NCBI GenBank assembly: GCA_038886535.1
Contig: JAVZXS010000001.1
Location: forward strand, 128,001 to 192,000
From: Candidatus Micrarchaeia archaeon
GTDB lineage: Archaea; Micrarchaeota; Micrarchaeia; CABMEP01
Direction of reading: 5' to 3'
DNA: 64,000 bases
Positions 9,162 to 19,482 of this stretch are shown here, piece by piece. Every line of letters begins with the position of its first letter. Position 1 is the stretch's first letter. A program made the translations under genes and the position numbers. Under the pieces are notes generated by a model. That model saw nothing but the letters and a program-made list of their open reading frames with translations. It ran no database searches and was not told the origin of the DNA.

Positions 9162-9893
9162 ATGATTTATTCAAGATTAAAGATATATTTGAGAAAAGAG
9201 AATCCAATTTCAAATTCAATCATCTTTAATGATAGATACTTAATTTATTCTTTCATTCTTAATGCTATAAGAATGAAAAATCCTGATCTTAGTGATAAAA
9301 TACATTCAAATAAATTACCTCGGGCATTTGTTTTTTCTAATATAATTCCCTATAAATCATATCATATTTTGTATTTTACAACTCCTTATAAAGAAGTTTT
9401 TAATGCATTCTATTCTGGTTTAAACAGAAGTTCAAGATTAAATGATAGAAATAAGATGTTTAATTTTAATATAGTAAATACTATTTTAGAAAATTTTGAT
9501 ATAAGTTCATATAAACATTTTAACTTTTTATCTCCTTTTCTAATTCGAACAAAAGAGAAAGTTTTAGATGAGATTGATCTAAATTTTTTTGAAAAAAGTA
9601 TCTCTGAAGGAATAAAAAGAGTTAGTACTAAATTAAATATTGATGTAGAAGATACAAATGTAAAAATAAATGGTACTAAAGATGACTTTAGGAAGAAGCT
9701 GTATGTTTTTAAGAACTCAAAAAATGAAGATGTATATATAAGAGCATTTTCAGCAAAATCTCCTTCTGTTTCGATTTCATTTAATGACGATAAGGCTAAA
9801 GCAATCGCGCTATTTTATGGAATTGGAGATAGAACTAAACTTGGATTTGGTATGTTAGGGTTTAAAGGTGGATTAGGTGAAGGGTTACAGTAA
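9162..9893 (+). CDS. cas6: CRISPR endoribonuclease Cas6
   Basis: IH...FVFSNI, FLSP, G-loop YGIGDRTKLGFGM; first gene of cas operon. Confidence 0.85.
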   Translation: MIYSRLKIYLRKENPISNSIIFNDRYLIYSFILNAIRMKNPDLSDKIHSNKLPRAFVFSNIIPYKSYHILYFTTPYKEVFNAFYSGLNRSSRLNDRNKMFNFNIVNTILENFDISSYKHFNFLSPFLIRTKEKVLDEIDLNFFEKSISEGIKRVSTKLNIDVEDTNVKINGTKDDFRKKLYVFKNSKNEDVYIRAFSAKSPSVSISFNDDKAKAIALFYGIGDRTKLGFGMLGFKGGLGEGLQ

Positions 9894-11430
9894 CTTTCAA
9901 ATTGCAATGGGTAGGGCTGTTGCAAAAATTATAATTCAAAGTTCAGATTTGAGTGAGCTAGATAATGAATTATATCGTTTTTCCGACGCAATAATTAAAT
10001 CAAATGACGACATTCCAACAATCGCAAATCAATTATGGGATAAATTATTTAAGGATCCAAGTGAATTTCCACTAATGAAAAAGTTATTTCATATTATTTT
10101 AAGGACAAATGCAGCTATAGAGAACATTCCATCTAACCAAAATGTGAGAGACTATATTTCTAAAATTTTAGCCATTTCTGATGAAGAAATGAGAAAAATA
10201 GAGAAGCAATTAAAAGAAGCTAAGAATAAAAAGAAACCCTCATTAAAATCGCTGATTGATTTTCTTCATGGTGAAAGAAAAGCAAAGATTTTATTCTCTT
10301 ATTTTGTTTGTTTATTAAAAGGGAATCAAAATGGTAAAAAAAAGAATCAAAATGGTGATACAAAATGCTACAATTGTGGAATGCAAGGAAGAAACTATTC
10401 TTTATCAAATCTAACTCTTTCTAATAAAAGCGATTACATTTTTGAATTTCAAAGATATACCATATGTTTTAGATGTTTAATATATACAATTCTATCAAAT
10501 CTTTATCCAGTTCCAAATAAAAATATTCATCCATTTACAAATAAAAATTCTACCAAAAAATCTAAAAAAATTTATTATAGTTTAATATCGGATGAAGAAG
10601 ACATAACTCCATCTTTCATATTTTATGAAAATCAATTTGATAGATTTTTAAAATATGTTTATCTTAATGATAACTTTTCTAGAATTTATATTATGTTTTT
10701 CCAAGAAGGTTCTCGATCTGGGAATAATATACCTATTTCTATTTCTCAGTTTAATATAGTTCCAAAATTAATTAAGATGCTGGAAGAAAAAGAAAAAGGA
10801 AAAAAAGAAGAAAGAAGTTCGGTTCTAGATTTCAAAAAAATATTTTTCAACGAATTAATGGATTTACCAATTTATTTCGTTTCATTTGGTGACTTCATTC
10901 AAACTTCATATCTGAATAAAGGATTAATAATATCTTTTATCAATATGTATAGAACTAATTTTTCTAAAAAACATAAAGAATCCTTTTCTTCTCTTTATAA
11001 ATTTACAAAATTTGTAAAAGAATACTTAGAGGTGAATGAAATGGAAAATAATTTTATGGTAGAAAAAAAATCTTCAAGTGAAAACGATAGAAACTCAAAA
11101 TTAGAAGCATTGAAAAAGGGAATGTCTTTTGGTTATAGAATAAAAGAATCTGATATTTATAAAGAAGATGAGGAGCGTTCAGAAAAGTATATCGTTTCTT
11201 CTAGTGCAGTTATGGAGCTTAGTGGAAAAGAATTTATAAGAACAATTATAGAGATAACTAGGAATTATGGATTAGAGATTGTACAAAATATGAATGAATA
11301 TATTGAAAAAATAGCAGATGATGAAGAACTAAGACTTTATTTTATTTTAGGGATGCTAAGTCGCATAGGTAGAAATAAAAAGGAGTCTGTTCAAAGTGAA
11401 GGTGAAAAAGTAGAAGGTAATATTAATTGA
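9877..11430 (+). CDS. cas8: Type I-B large subunit Cas8b (CxxC...CxxC type)
   Basis: Position between cas6 and cas7, CYNC...CFRC zinc motif, helical C-terminus ending YFILGML. Confidence 0.7.
   Translation: MKGYSNFQIAMGRAVAKIIIQSSDLSELDNELYRFSDAIIKSNDDIPTIANQLWDKLFKDPSEFPLMKKLFHIILRTNAAIENIPSNQNVRDYISKILAISDEEMRKIEKQLKEAKNKKKPSLKSLIDFLHGERKAKILFSYFVCLLKGNQNGKKKNQNGDTKCYNCGMQGRNYSLSNLTLSNKSDYIFEFQRYTICFRCLIYTILSNLYPVPNKNIHPFTNKNSTKKSKKIYYSLISDEEDITPSFIFYENQFDRFLKYVYLNDNFSRIYIMFFQEGSRSGNNIPISISQFNIVPKLIKMLEEKEKGKKEERSSVLDFKKIFFNELMDLPIYFVSFGDFIQTSYLNKGLIISFINMYRTNFSKKHKESFSSLYKFTKFVKEYLEVNEMENNFMVEKKSSSENDRNSKLEALKKGMSFGYRIKESDIYKEDEERSEKYIVSSSAVMELSGKEFIRTIIEITRNYGLEIVQNMNEYIEKIADDEELRLYFILGMLSRIGRNKKESVQSEGEKVEGNIN
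11041..11430 (+). CDS. cas11: Putative internally translated small subunit Cas11 (129 aa)
   Basis: In-frame ATG preceded by GAGGTGA (11029-11035) within cas8. Confidence 0.55.
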   Translation: MENNFMVEKKSSSENDRNSKLEALKKGMSFGYRIKESDIYKEDEERSEKYIVSSSAVMELSGKEFIRTIIEITRNYGLEIVQNMNEYIEKIADDEELRLYFILGMLSRIGRNKKESVQSEGEKVEGNIN

Positions 11431-11439
11431 GGTGGTATT

Positions 11440-12420
11440 ATGGATATAAATAATAAAGATAAAAATGAAGAAGCTAAGAAATTAAAAGAGTTTGTTTTGT
11501 TTAGCGAAGAAATGAAGAAAATAAGTGAGAAATATGGTTTTAGTCATGGAAAAAGAGTAACTTTAACAGCTATTTATTACTCTTTCCCATCAAATCAAAA
11601 TGCAAGTGGTTCAACAGGAACTAATGTAATCTCTCAAAAGATTATACCTTGGGGAGAAGAAGCCGAACCTCGTATTTATATAAGTCCTTACGCTATTAAA
11701 AGAAGGATAAGAGATTATTGGATTAAAAAGAAACTGCCTTGCGTAATGGCAGAGAATACGGTATACGCAAAATCAAATTCAGATGATGCTAAAAAAGATA
11801 TCAAAAAAGCTATTAAAAAATATATAGATGTTGACTTATTCGGTTTCATGTATGAGGAAAAGATAAATAGACCTGGTCCCATAACGACGTGGGGAGCAGT
11901 ATCATTAGAACCGGTTCATCAGTTTATAGACTTTAATAGTTGTATTTTGAATGTTAAGGATGAAAGTAGCGGAGGAGGCTCTTTAATAAACAGATCGATT
12001 TCAAAAGAATTCTATTTTACATCATTTTATATAAACCCTGATCTTATATTATATTCAAACGATGAATATGTGGGAGATAACAAGGAAGAAAGATTAAATC
12101 GTTTAGAAAACTTCCTTGAAGCAGTTGACTATGCCCTTCAAAAAGATTCAGGTGGTGCAAGAGATAGACCTACATGCATATTTAAATTATTAGAAATAAA
12201 TGATTTTGGATACGGCGATTCAGATAAGAAGATTTTCAAGTGTATCAGTGTAGCGAATGATAAATTAAAGTTTGCAGAAATCCCAACATTCAAATCAAAT
12301 AAAACTTATTACTATGCAGATAAACTATTCTTTGATGAAACTGAAGAGAAATTAAGTAAATTAGGACAAAAATGGAAAATAAAAGAGATAGCAGAGGAAA
12401 TAGTTTACAGCAAAAATTAA
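11440..12420 (+). CDS. cas7: Cas7 (Cst2/DevR-like) backbone subunit
   Basis: YISPYAIKRRIRD, DVDLFGFM, RPGPI, AVSL motifs. Confidence 0.85.
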   Translation: MDINNKDKNEEAKKLKEFVLFSEEMKKISEKYGFSHGKRVTLTAIYYSFPSNQNASGSTGTNVISQKIIPWGEEAEPRIYISPYAIKRRIRDYWIKKKLPCVMAENTVYAKSNSDDAKKDIKKAIKKYIDVDLFGFMYEEKINRPGPITTWGAVSLEPVHQFIDFNSCILNVKDESSGGGSLINRSISKEFYFTSFYINPDLILYSNDEYVGDNKEERLNRLENFLEAVDYALQKDSGGARDRPTCIFKLLEINDFGYGDSDKKIFKCISVANDKLKFAEIPTFKSNKTYYYADKLFFDETEEKLSKLGQKWKIKEIAEEIVYSKN

Positions 12421-12431
12421 AAGGTGTTATA

Positions 12432-13199
12432 ATGCAAAATTTAGATCTTTCTAAATTTTGGTTTTATAGATTAAGTGTTGAAGGTTGGCTCGCCCATTTT
12501 AGGCAGCCAACTACAGTTTCAAGTAGATTAACTTTTATTTTACCTCCAAAATCAACTGCCATCGGTATGTTACTTGCTAAAGTTGGTTTATACAAAAGAA
12601 TTGATAAAAATATATTACTATTCAAAAATAAAAAATTAAGAGAATTATTTGACAATACATTCATAGCAATTTCACTAAAAAGAGGAATTGTAAAATATAT
12701 GGATTATTTAAATTATATATCAAAAAAAGATAAACGTAAACCAACTAATATAGAGTATATTGTAAATCCATCCTATGAGATTATATATTTTCTACCTAAA
12801 GATGATCTGATATTAGGAGAAAAAAATAAAGAAATAATCATAAATAAAGAAATTTTTAAAGTTTATTTAGGCTACAATGAATGTCCAGCTACTATTAATT
12901 TATCTGAAGAAATAAATAGCAATCAAATTAATTTTAGTAATAGGCAGGATATTACTACTGACTTCATTTTACCTCTTGATGTTGTTGATTCATCAAGTAT
13001 CGATAGAAGTAAACTTAGCGAATTGTTAAGATCATCTATACTTATTAGTACCCCTCAAAATGTGAAAGAAGTTGAGGATACAATGAAAGAAAAAGAAGTT
13101 TTGGTTCCATTAAGAAAAATGGAATTTAGATTAAATAATAATATTCCTGTTTTCGAAATGAAGTTGAATGGAAATATTAATCAATTCTTGGTGATTTGA
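12432..13199 (+). CDS. cas5: Cas5
   Basis: AHFRQP...RLTFILPPKSTAIGML, VYLGYNEC; SD AGGTG. Confidence 0.9.
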   Translation: MQNLDLSKFWFYRLSVEGWLAHFRQPTTVSSRLTFILPPKSTAIGMLLAKVGLYKRIDKNILLFKNKKLRELFDNTFIAISLKRGIVKYMDYLNYISKKDKRKPTNIEYIVNPSYEIIYFLPKDDLILGEKNKEIIINKEIFKVYLGYNECPATINLSEEINSNQINFSNRQDITTDFILPLDVVDSSSIDRSKLSELLRSSILISTPQNVKEVEDTMKEKEVLVPLRKMEFRLNNNIPVFEMKLNGNINQFLVI

Positions 13200-15586
13200 T
13201 GCAGCATGATAAGTTATTAGCTAGACCTAATCAAGAGCTTATAAATCATTTGATGGAAATAAAGAATAAAATTCCAAAAAATGTTTCAGAATTAGAAAAG
13301 ATGGTTTTTATATTGCATGATATTGGCAAGGTTTCAGATAAATTTCAGAAGAAATTAGAAAAGAATGAGAATGTTAGATTCAGACATACTTTAGCTTCTT
13401 TACCAATTATTGAGTATATTATAAATGAATATAAAACAGTAAATCCAGAATCAAATTACCAAGATACCGATATTTATCTGATTTTAGTTTATTACCATCA
13501 TGGACAAATATCTTTTGATATGTTACAAAATGATTTGGTTCATTTTTCCATTCAAAAAAATGATGAAAATAACATCAATATAATAGAAAAGGATGAGCTA
13601 ATGAGAGTTAAGCAAATACTTAAAGATCTTAATTATGGAGAATATTTCGATGAAGAAAAATTTATACATTACTATTTAAATTCAAATGGTTCAGATTATA
13701 ATCGCCTTTATAATGAAAAATTAAAAGAGATTTTAAAACGAATATATAATAAATTTAAAATAGTTTCACCTGAGGTCAAAAAGAAATTTGCTTTGCTTTA
13801 TTCTATTTTCGTAGAATTAGATTGGTATTCTACTTCCGATAGCAATAATGAAATTTTACCAGATTGGAATGGGATTGAATTTTCTTTCAAAAAGAAATTT
13901 AAAGAAAGAAAGGAAGGAAGAGTAGATAGGGATTTGGAAGTTGAAAATATTAGAAATAAAATTAAAGATCTATTAATTAAAAATATAGATGAAGGTAGAA
14001 TTTTTATATGTGCACCGACCGGAATAGGTAAGACCGAATTGTCTTTAGAATGGGCATTGAATAATGCCAAAAAACTGAATGCAAGAAAAATAATATATGT
14101 ATTACCTTACCGAAATTTAATAAACGACTTGTATAAACGTTTTACTTTTTATTTCGGAGACGAAAACGTTGATAAATGGGATTCAAATTGGATAACTGAT
14201 AAAACAATTGATTATGCAAGTGAACTAAGTGATATTGAAAAATTTAATTTCTATCTAAATGCGAGAAAGTATTTTATGGAGAAACCAATAATAATAACTA
14301 CAGCAGATCAAATACTGATGTCGTTCTTAAATTTAGAGAGATATCCTATAAGATATGGTATGTTAATGAATTCAGTAATCGTTTTTGATGAAATACAGGC
14401 TTATGGAGTGGACATGAGGAATTTAATGTATAAATTAATAAGTGAAATAGCAAATATCAAAGATATAAATGGTGAATATACTTGTAAATTGGCAATAACT
14501 ACTGCTACACCTCCTTTTGAAATTTCAATTTCTGAATTTAAAGATTATATAGATATTGATGGTATTTCATTTAAACTTTTGTACGATAAATATTGGTGGT
14601 CTTTTCATAAAAAACGCGATGCAAATGTTTTAATAATTGAGATTGATAAAAATTCTCAAATTGTAGATATAATAAAACAGAAAGTAAATGAATCAAAAAA
14701 TGAGGAAAATTATAGAATTTGTATAATTGTCAATACAATAGCAGATGCTGTTGGTTTATATAGACTACTAGAAAAAAATAATGTTAAAGATGTTATTAAA
14801 GAAAATTATGAAATAGCATTAATACATAGTTCATTAATTAATGAGCATAAACAAAAGGAATTAGATAAAATAAATAAGAGTAAGAAGTTAATAGCCATTT
14901 CAACGCAAGTATTAGAAGCAGGCATTGATATTTCTTTTGACTGTATAATAAGATTGATTTCACCAATTCCTTCTTTAGTTCAATCGGCAGGGAGAGTTAA
15001 TAGAGATGGAAAAAGCCGTAATGCAGAATTTATAATATTGATACCAACTGAAGAAATTTTAAATAATGAAAAACGTAAAAAAAGCAATATAAATTTTTAT
15101 GGTCCGTATGATATAGAAGAAATTAAAAAAGTAATCGAATTATTAAAAGAAAATAAAGGAAATTTGATTAAAAAGAGTAAATTCAGTGAAGAATTTATAA
15201 AAAAAGAAATCGATACATTAAAATTTGAATATTCTGAAAGTAAAGAATATATAGATTTTCTTAATAATCTTGTTGCTTATAACATTTGGTCTGTATCATC
15301 GTTAAGTTCAATCTTGCCTCAAGGCTTTAGAGACTCTTTAGGTAAAGTAGAAGTTTTTGTAGAAGATGAATCAAATAAAAAGAAAGACATGGAGGATAAG
15401 CTTAAAAATTATATAAAATTATCAAAAGAGAATGATTATTCAGAATATATAAGGAAGTATCTTCAATTATTAAGAGAATATCAAAGTAGATTTATTCTAA
15501 CTTATTTAGATTCTAAGATAGATACTATCTCTATAAAGAAATATAAAGAGAATTTTTATCCTCAACATGAAAATTCTGATAAATGA
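13196..15586 (+). CDS. cas3: Cas3 HD nuclease-helicase fusion
   Basis: HL..., HDIGK, HHG, APTGIGKT, DEIQ, TAT, STQVLEAGIDISFD, QSAGRVNR. Confidence 0.93.
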   Translation: MMQHDKLLARPNQELINHLMEIKNKIPKNVSELEKMVFILHDIGKVSDKFQKKLEKNENVRFRHTLASLPIIEYIINEYKTVNPESNYQDTDIYLILVYYHHGQISFDMLQNDLVHFSIQKNDENNINIIEKDELMRVKQILKDLNYGEYFDEEKFIHYYLNSNGSDYNRLYNEKLKEILKRIYNKFKIVSPEVKKKFALLYSIFVELDWYSTSDSNNEILPDWNGIEFSFKKKFKERKEGRVDRDLEVENIRNKIKDLLIKNIDEGRIFICAPTGIGKTELSLEWALNNAKKLNARKIIYVLPYRNLINDLYKRFTFYFGDENVDKWDSNWITDKTIDYASELSDIEKFNFYLNARKYFMEKPIIITTADQILMSFLNLERYPIRYGMLMNSVIVFDEIQAYGVDMRNLMYKLISEIANIKDINGEYTCKLAITTATPPFEISISEFKDYIDIDGISFKLLYDKYWWSFHKKRDANVLIIEIDKNSQIVDIIKQKVNESKNEENYRICIIVNTIADAVGLYRLLEKNNVKDVIKENYEIALIHSSLINEHKQKELDKINKSKKLIAISTQVLEAGIDISFDCIIRLISPIPSLVQSAGRVNRDGKSRNAEFIILIPTEEILNNEKRKKSNINFYGPYDIEEIKKVIELLKENKGNLIKKSKFSEEFIKKEIDTLKFEYSESKEYIDFLNNLVAYNIWSVSSLSSILPQGFRDSLGKVEVFVEDESNKKKDMEDKLKNYIKLSKENDYSEYIRKYLQLLREYQSRFILTYLDSKIDTISIKKYKENFYPQHENSDK

Positions 15587-16115
15587 TAGTATGATGAAAC
15601 ATGAAATTAAATACGATGATGTAAGTGGAACTGAATTTAATTATTTTTTCGTTTGTAAAACACAACTATGGTATCTTTCTCACTCATTAATAAAGTCAGA
15701 TGAAGATGAAAATGTAAAGATTGGGAGATTAGTTCATGAAATCAAGTATAAATCAGAGAGGAAAGAAAGGCCTCTATTTAGGTCTAAATTTGATGTAGTC
15801 AAGTTAAATAACAGATATGTAATATACGAATATAAAAAAAGCGCTATTAAAGATTCACACATAAAGCAATTAAAATTTTATCTCTATTCCTTAAAGAAGC
15901 AAACAGATGCAGAAGTTCAAGGTATCTTGATCTCACCAGGAAAACGTATTTTTGTTTCTCTTTCAAGTGAAGACTTTAATGAGATAGATTCTACTATAAA
16001 TGAAATCCACCAAATTAAAAAGTCTAAGTTTCCACCAAAACCAGTCAAAATACCTACTTGCAAAAAGTGCGGTTATAGATCATTCTGTTGGGGTGACACT
16101 TATGAGTTTGGATAA
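15567..16115 (+). CDS. cas4: Cas4
   Basis: YFFVCKTQLW, GRLVHE, EYKKS, QLKFY, CKKCGYRSFCW; true start may be slightly downstream. Confidence 0.92.
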   Translation: MKILINDSMMKHEIKYDDVSGTEFNYFFVCKTQLWYLSHSLIKSDEDENVKIGRLVHEIKYKSERKERPLFRSKFDVVKLNNRYVIYEYKKSAIKDSHIKQLKFYLYSLKKQTDAEVQGILISPGKRIFVSLSSEDFNEIDSTINEIHQIKKSKFPPKPVKIPTCKKCGYRSFCWGDTYEFG

Positions 16116-17058
16116 TTATTACATTGTTGATGATGGGAAAATTTTGATGAAAAATACAACTGTTTATTTCATTAATAAAGAAAGAAAAGTTGATATACCA
16201 ATTGAAAATATATACTCTCTTTATTTTATTGGTTCTGGTTCTATTTCTACAAAAGTTCTAAAAGAATTTCAAAAAAGGAAAATAATAGTTAATTTCTTTG
16301 GAAAAAGAGGAGATTATATCGGTTCTTTCTACCCCAAAGAACATTATATCTCTGGTGATCTAGTAGTAAGACAGGTTAAAAGATATCTTGATGACAAAAG
16401 TAGATTAAAGTTTGCTTCTAAATTTGTGGAAGGCGCTATTAATAATATTGATTGGATTTGTAGGAGATTTAATTTAGGTGAAATAAATAAACCAGATATA
16501 TCGTCTTCAGATACTATAGAATCATTAATGCAAAAAGAAGGATTAGTAAGAAAGAAGTTTTACTCATTAATTGATGAAAGACTAGATGATTCATTTAAAA
16601 TAACCAGAAGAGAAATAAACCCACCTTCAAATAGAGGAAATGCAATCATAAGTTTTCTTAATTCTATGGTCTATTCAACAGTTTTATCTGAACTATATCA
16701 TACACATCTAAATCCAGCTATATCTTTTTTACATGAACCTTTTGAAAGGCGTTTTTCACTATCGTTAGATGTGAGTGAAATATTCAAACCTTTACTCTCA
16801 GAAAGACTTCTAATAAAGATGGTTAACTTGAAAATGTTAGATCCTATTTTAGATTTCGAGTCGAATGATGGTGTATTTTTAAGTAAAATCGGTATTAAAA
16901 AAATAATTAAGGAATTCGATGATGAAATTAAGAAATCGGTTAAAGGTAAAAGTAATAGATTATTTTCAATACGTGAATTAATTAGACTAGAGCTATATAA
17001 GATAGAGAAAGATCTTTTAGACATTTCTGAATATAAACCTTTGAAGGCCTGGTGGTAA
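16102..17058 (+). CDS. cas1: Cas1 (I-B type)
   Basis: NAIISFLNS, ISFLHEP, SLSLDVSEIFKP, C-terminal KAWW; ATG after GGGGTGA. Confidence 0.95.
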   Translation: MSLDNYYIVDDGKILMKNTTVYFINKERKVDIPIENIYSLYFIGSGSISTKVLKEFQKRKIIVNFFGKRGDYIGSFYPKEHYISGDLVVRQVKRYLDDKSRLKFASKFVEGAINNIDWICRRFNLGEINKPDISSSDTIESLMQKEGLVRKKFYSLIDERLDDSFKITRREINPPSNRGNAIISFLNSMVYSTVLSELYHTHLNPAISFLHEPFERRFSLSLDVSEIFKPLLSERLLIKMVNLKMLDPILDFESNDGVFLSKIGIKKIIKEFDDEIKKSVKGKSNRLFSIRELIRLELYKIEKDLLDISEYKPLKAWW

Positions 17059-17059
17059 A

Positions 17060-17323
17060 ATGTATGTAATTGTTGTTTATGATATAACAGAAGTAAAAAA
17101 GCAACTTAAAATAAGAAATTTTTTGAGGAGATTTCTAAATCACATTCAATTTTCAGTTTTTCATGGAAATTTAAATCCTTCACAATTGAAAGAAATTGAA
17201 TTATTTCTAAAGGATTTCGATTATGAGGGAAATGATTCAGTAGTGGTTTTCATTGTTCCAATATACTCAAATATTAGAAATTTAGTTTTTGGCAGAAATA
17301 TAGAAAAATCTAATATTATCTAA
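17060..17323 (+). CDS. cas2: Cas2
   Basis: MYVIVVYDI, HIQFSVFHG, DSVVVF. Confidence 0.95.
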   Translation: MYVIVVYDITEVKKQLKIRNFLRRFLNHIQFSVFHGNLNPSQLKEIELFLKDFDYEGNDSVVVFIVPIYSNIRNLVFGRNIEKSNII

Positions 17324-17429
17324 ATCTAGTATAGAAGGTGGTTTCAAAGCTTTTTAAATACTTTAAAAAAAGTTAATTTGTATTAAAATTATAATAATTA
17401 ATTAAAATTCTTATTCGATGTAGTTTAAG
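17324..17429 (+). promoter_or_regulatory. CRISPR leader
   Basis: AT-rich non-coding stretch between cas2 and repeat 1 with TATA-like TTTTAAATA; the degenerate repeat is at the opposite end. Confidence 0.7.
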
Positions 17430-19482
17430 GTCTAAAATCATACAATGATGGATGTGAACAACTGAAATTATTACTTGTCCTGCTGAGATGTCAGATGTCT
17501 AAAATCATACAATGATGGATGTGAACAGAATTTTAAACAAAGTCAATGTTAAGAACAAACCTTGTCTAAAATCATACAATGATGGATGTGAACATGCTCA
17601 GATCCAAACACAAAAAGCAGCCATACTTCAGTCTAAAATCATACAATGATGGATGTGAACTTTTATTCAATCTGAAGGGGGAACAACCTCTTTAAGAGTC
17701 TAAAATCATACAATGATGGATGTGAACATGAATTTAGCTAAATTAAAAAACATTTATTCTCAAGTCTAAAATCATACAATGATGGATGTGAACATAACGA
17801 AATAACAGCAAGCGAAATAATAACACTCTTGTCTAAAATCATACAATGATGGATGTGAACAAATTTTATTAACGTAAGCTGTTTTAATATCATCCGGTCT
17901 AAAATCATACAATGATGGATGTGAACTTAGGGTCTGCATTCACGCCGTCAATAAACTGCTTCGTGTCTAAAATCATACAATGATGGATGTGAACAAGTAT
18001 CTTGTATATTCATATTTTCACCTTTTACATTTGTCTAAAATCATACAATGATGGATGTGAACTCTGATATATCTGATTTAAATCCAATTCCTATTAATAC
18101 GTCTAAAATCATACAATGATGGATGTGAACAGCAACCTATACAACATATTGTATCCATATACATTAGTCTAAAATCATACAATGATGGATGTGAACGAGA
18201 AAAGGTTTATCTTAGAAGATAGTTGAGGTGATAGAATGGGTCTAAAATCATACAATGATGGATGTGAACAAACTATTACAGAACTTCTTGGATATGAAAA
18301 TGTGTCTCGTCTAAAATCATACAATGATGGATGTGAACCAGAAGATGGATTATTATACCTTTTACGAAGCAGTTTAGTCTAAAATCATACAATGATGGAT
18401 GTGAACACGCAAAAAATGTAAGCAACACTACAAAAATCAAAACGTCTAAAATCATACAATGATGGATGTGAACAAAATTAAGAAAGGCAAGAAGGAGGTA
18501 GATTAAGATGTGTCTAAAATCATACAATGATGGATGTGAACTTTAATTCATTTTTTTCTATATATAATATATCAGTTGGTCTAAAATCATACAATGATGG
18601 ATGTGAACTCTTCCTTTTGCGTGGAAGTACCTAAGAGCGTGAAGGTCTAAAATCATACAATGATGGATGTGAACTATTGACACCATCTTCTGCAGGAATA
18701 CCACTCTTTCGTCTAAAATCATACAATGATGGATGTGAACAAAAGTTTGGACAGTATATGGTTTGGAATTTTGGATTCGTCTAAAATCATACAATGATGG
18801 ATGTGAACTTTGATTACATTAATTGCGAGGTTGGTCAATATGAAGTCTAAAATCATACAATGATGGATGTGAACTATTTATACAAGGATTTGAATTAGTT
18901 AAGTTAGAAGGTCTAAAATCATACAATGATGGATGTGAACTAATGTTTTGTCCATACATCCTGTTTCGTGTCTAAAATGTCTAAAATCATACAATGATGG
19001 ATGTGAACACCCAATCAACCAATCTATAATCATTCTGACCTGCTAAACGGCTAAAATCATACAATGATGGATGTGAACAAATGGCAGAAGAATTTTACAT
19101 CGGCATAGGGGTAAAGTCTAAAATCATACAATGATGGATGTGAACATACGAAGAGAGAAAAATACAGAAAACTAAGCTCTTCCGTCTAAAATCATACAAT
19201 GATGGATGTGAACACACTAAATCAACATAAACAAGAGAAGCCAAATATTTGTCTAAAATCATACAATGATGGATGTGAACGATCTTATCAAGGACCATGC
19301 AATAGCTTTGTTTCATGGTCTAAAATCATACAATGATGGATGTGAACATAAAGAAGTCTATTAAGAAAAAACCTATTAAGAAAGTCTAAAATCATACAAT
19401 GATGGATGTGAACTCACAGGTAGCAAGATAGTGGAATTTGCTACTGAGATTGGTCTAAAATCATACAATGATGGATGTGAAA
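17430..19482 (+). CRISPR. CRISPR array, 31 repeats of GTCTAAAATCATACAATGATGGATGTGAAC and 30 spacers (36-43 nt)
   Basis: Repeats counted by eye; repeat 25 (19049) starts GGCT; terminal repeat ends GTGAAA. Confidence 0.98.

Noticed and set aside
19079..19115. Spacer 25 sharing ATGGCAGAAGAA with the start of the gene at 28784 (self-targeting)
   Set aside because: Only a short match to a common MAEE start; the rest of the spacer does not align
18276..19316. Three minus-strand ORFs with repeated VHIHHCMILD
   Set aside because: They are translations of the CRISPR repeat, not genes
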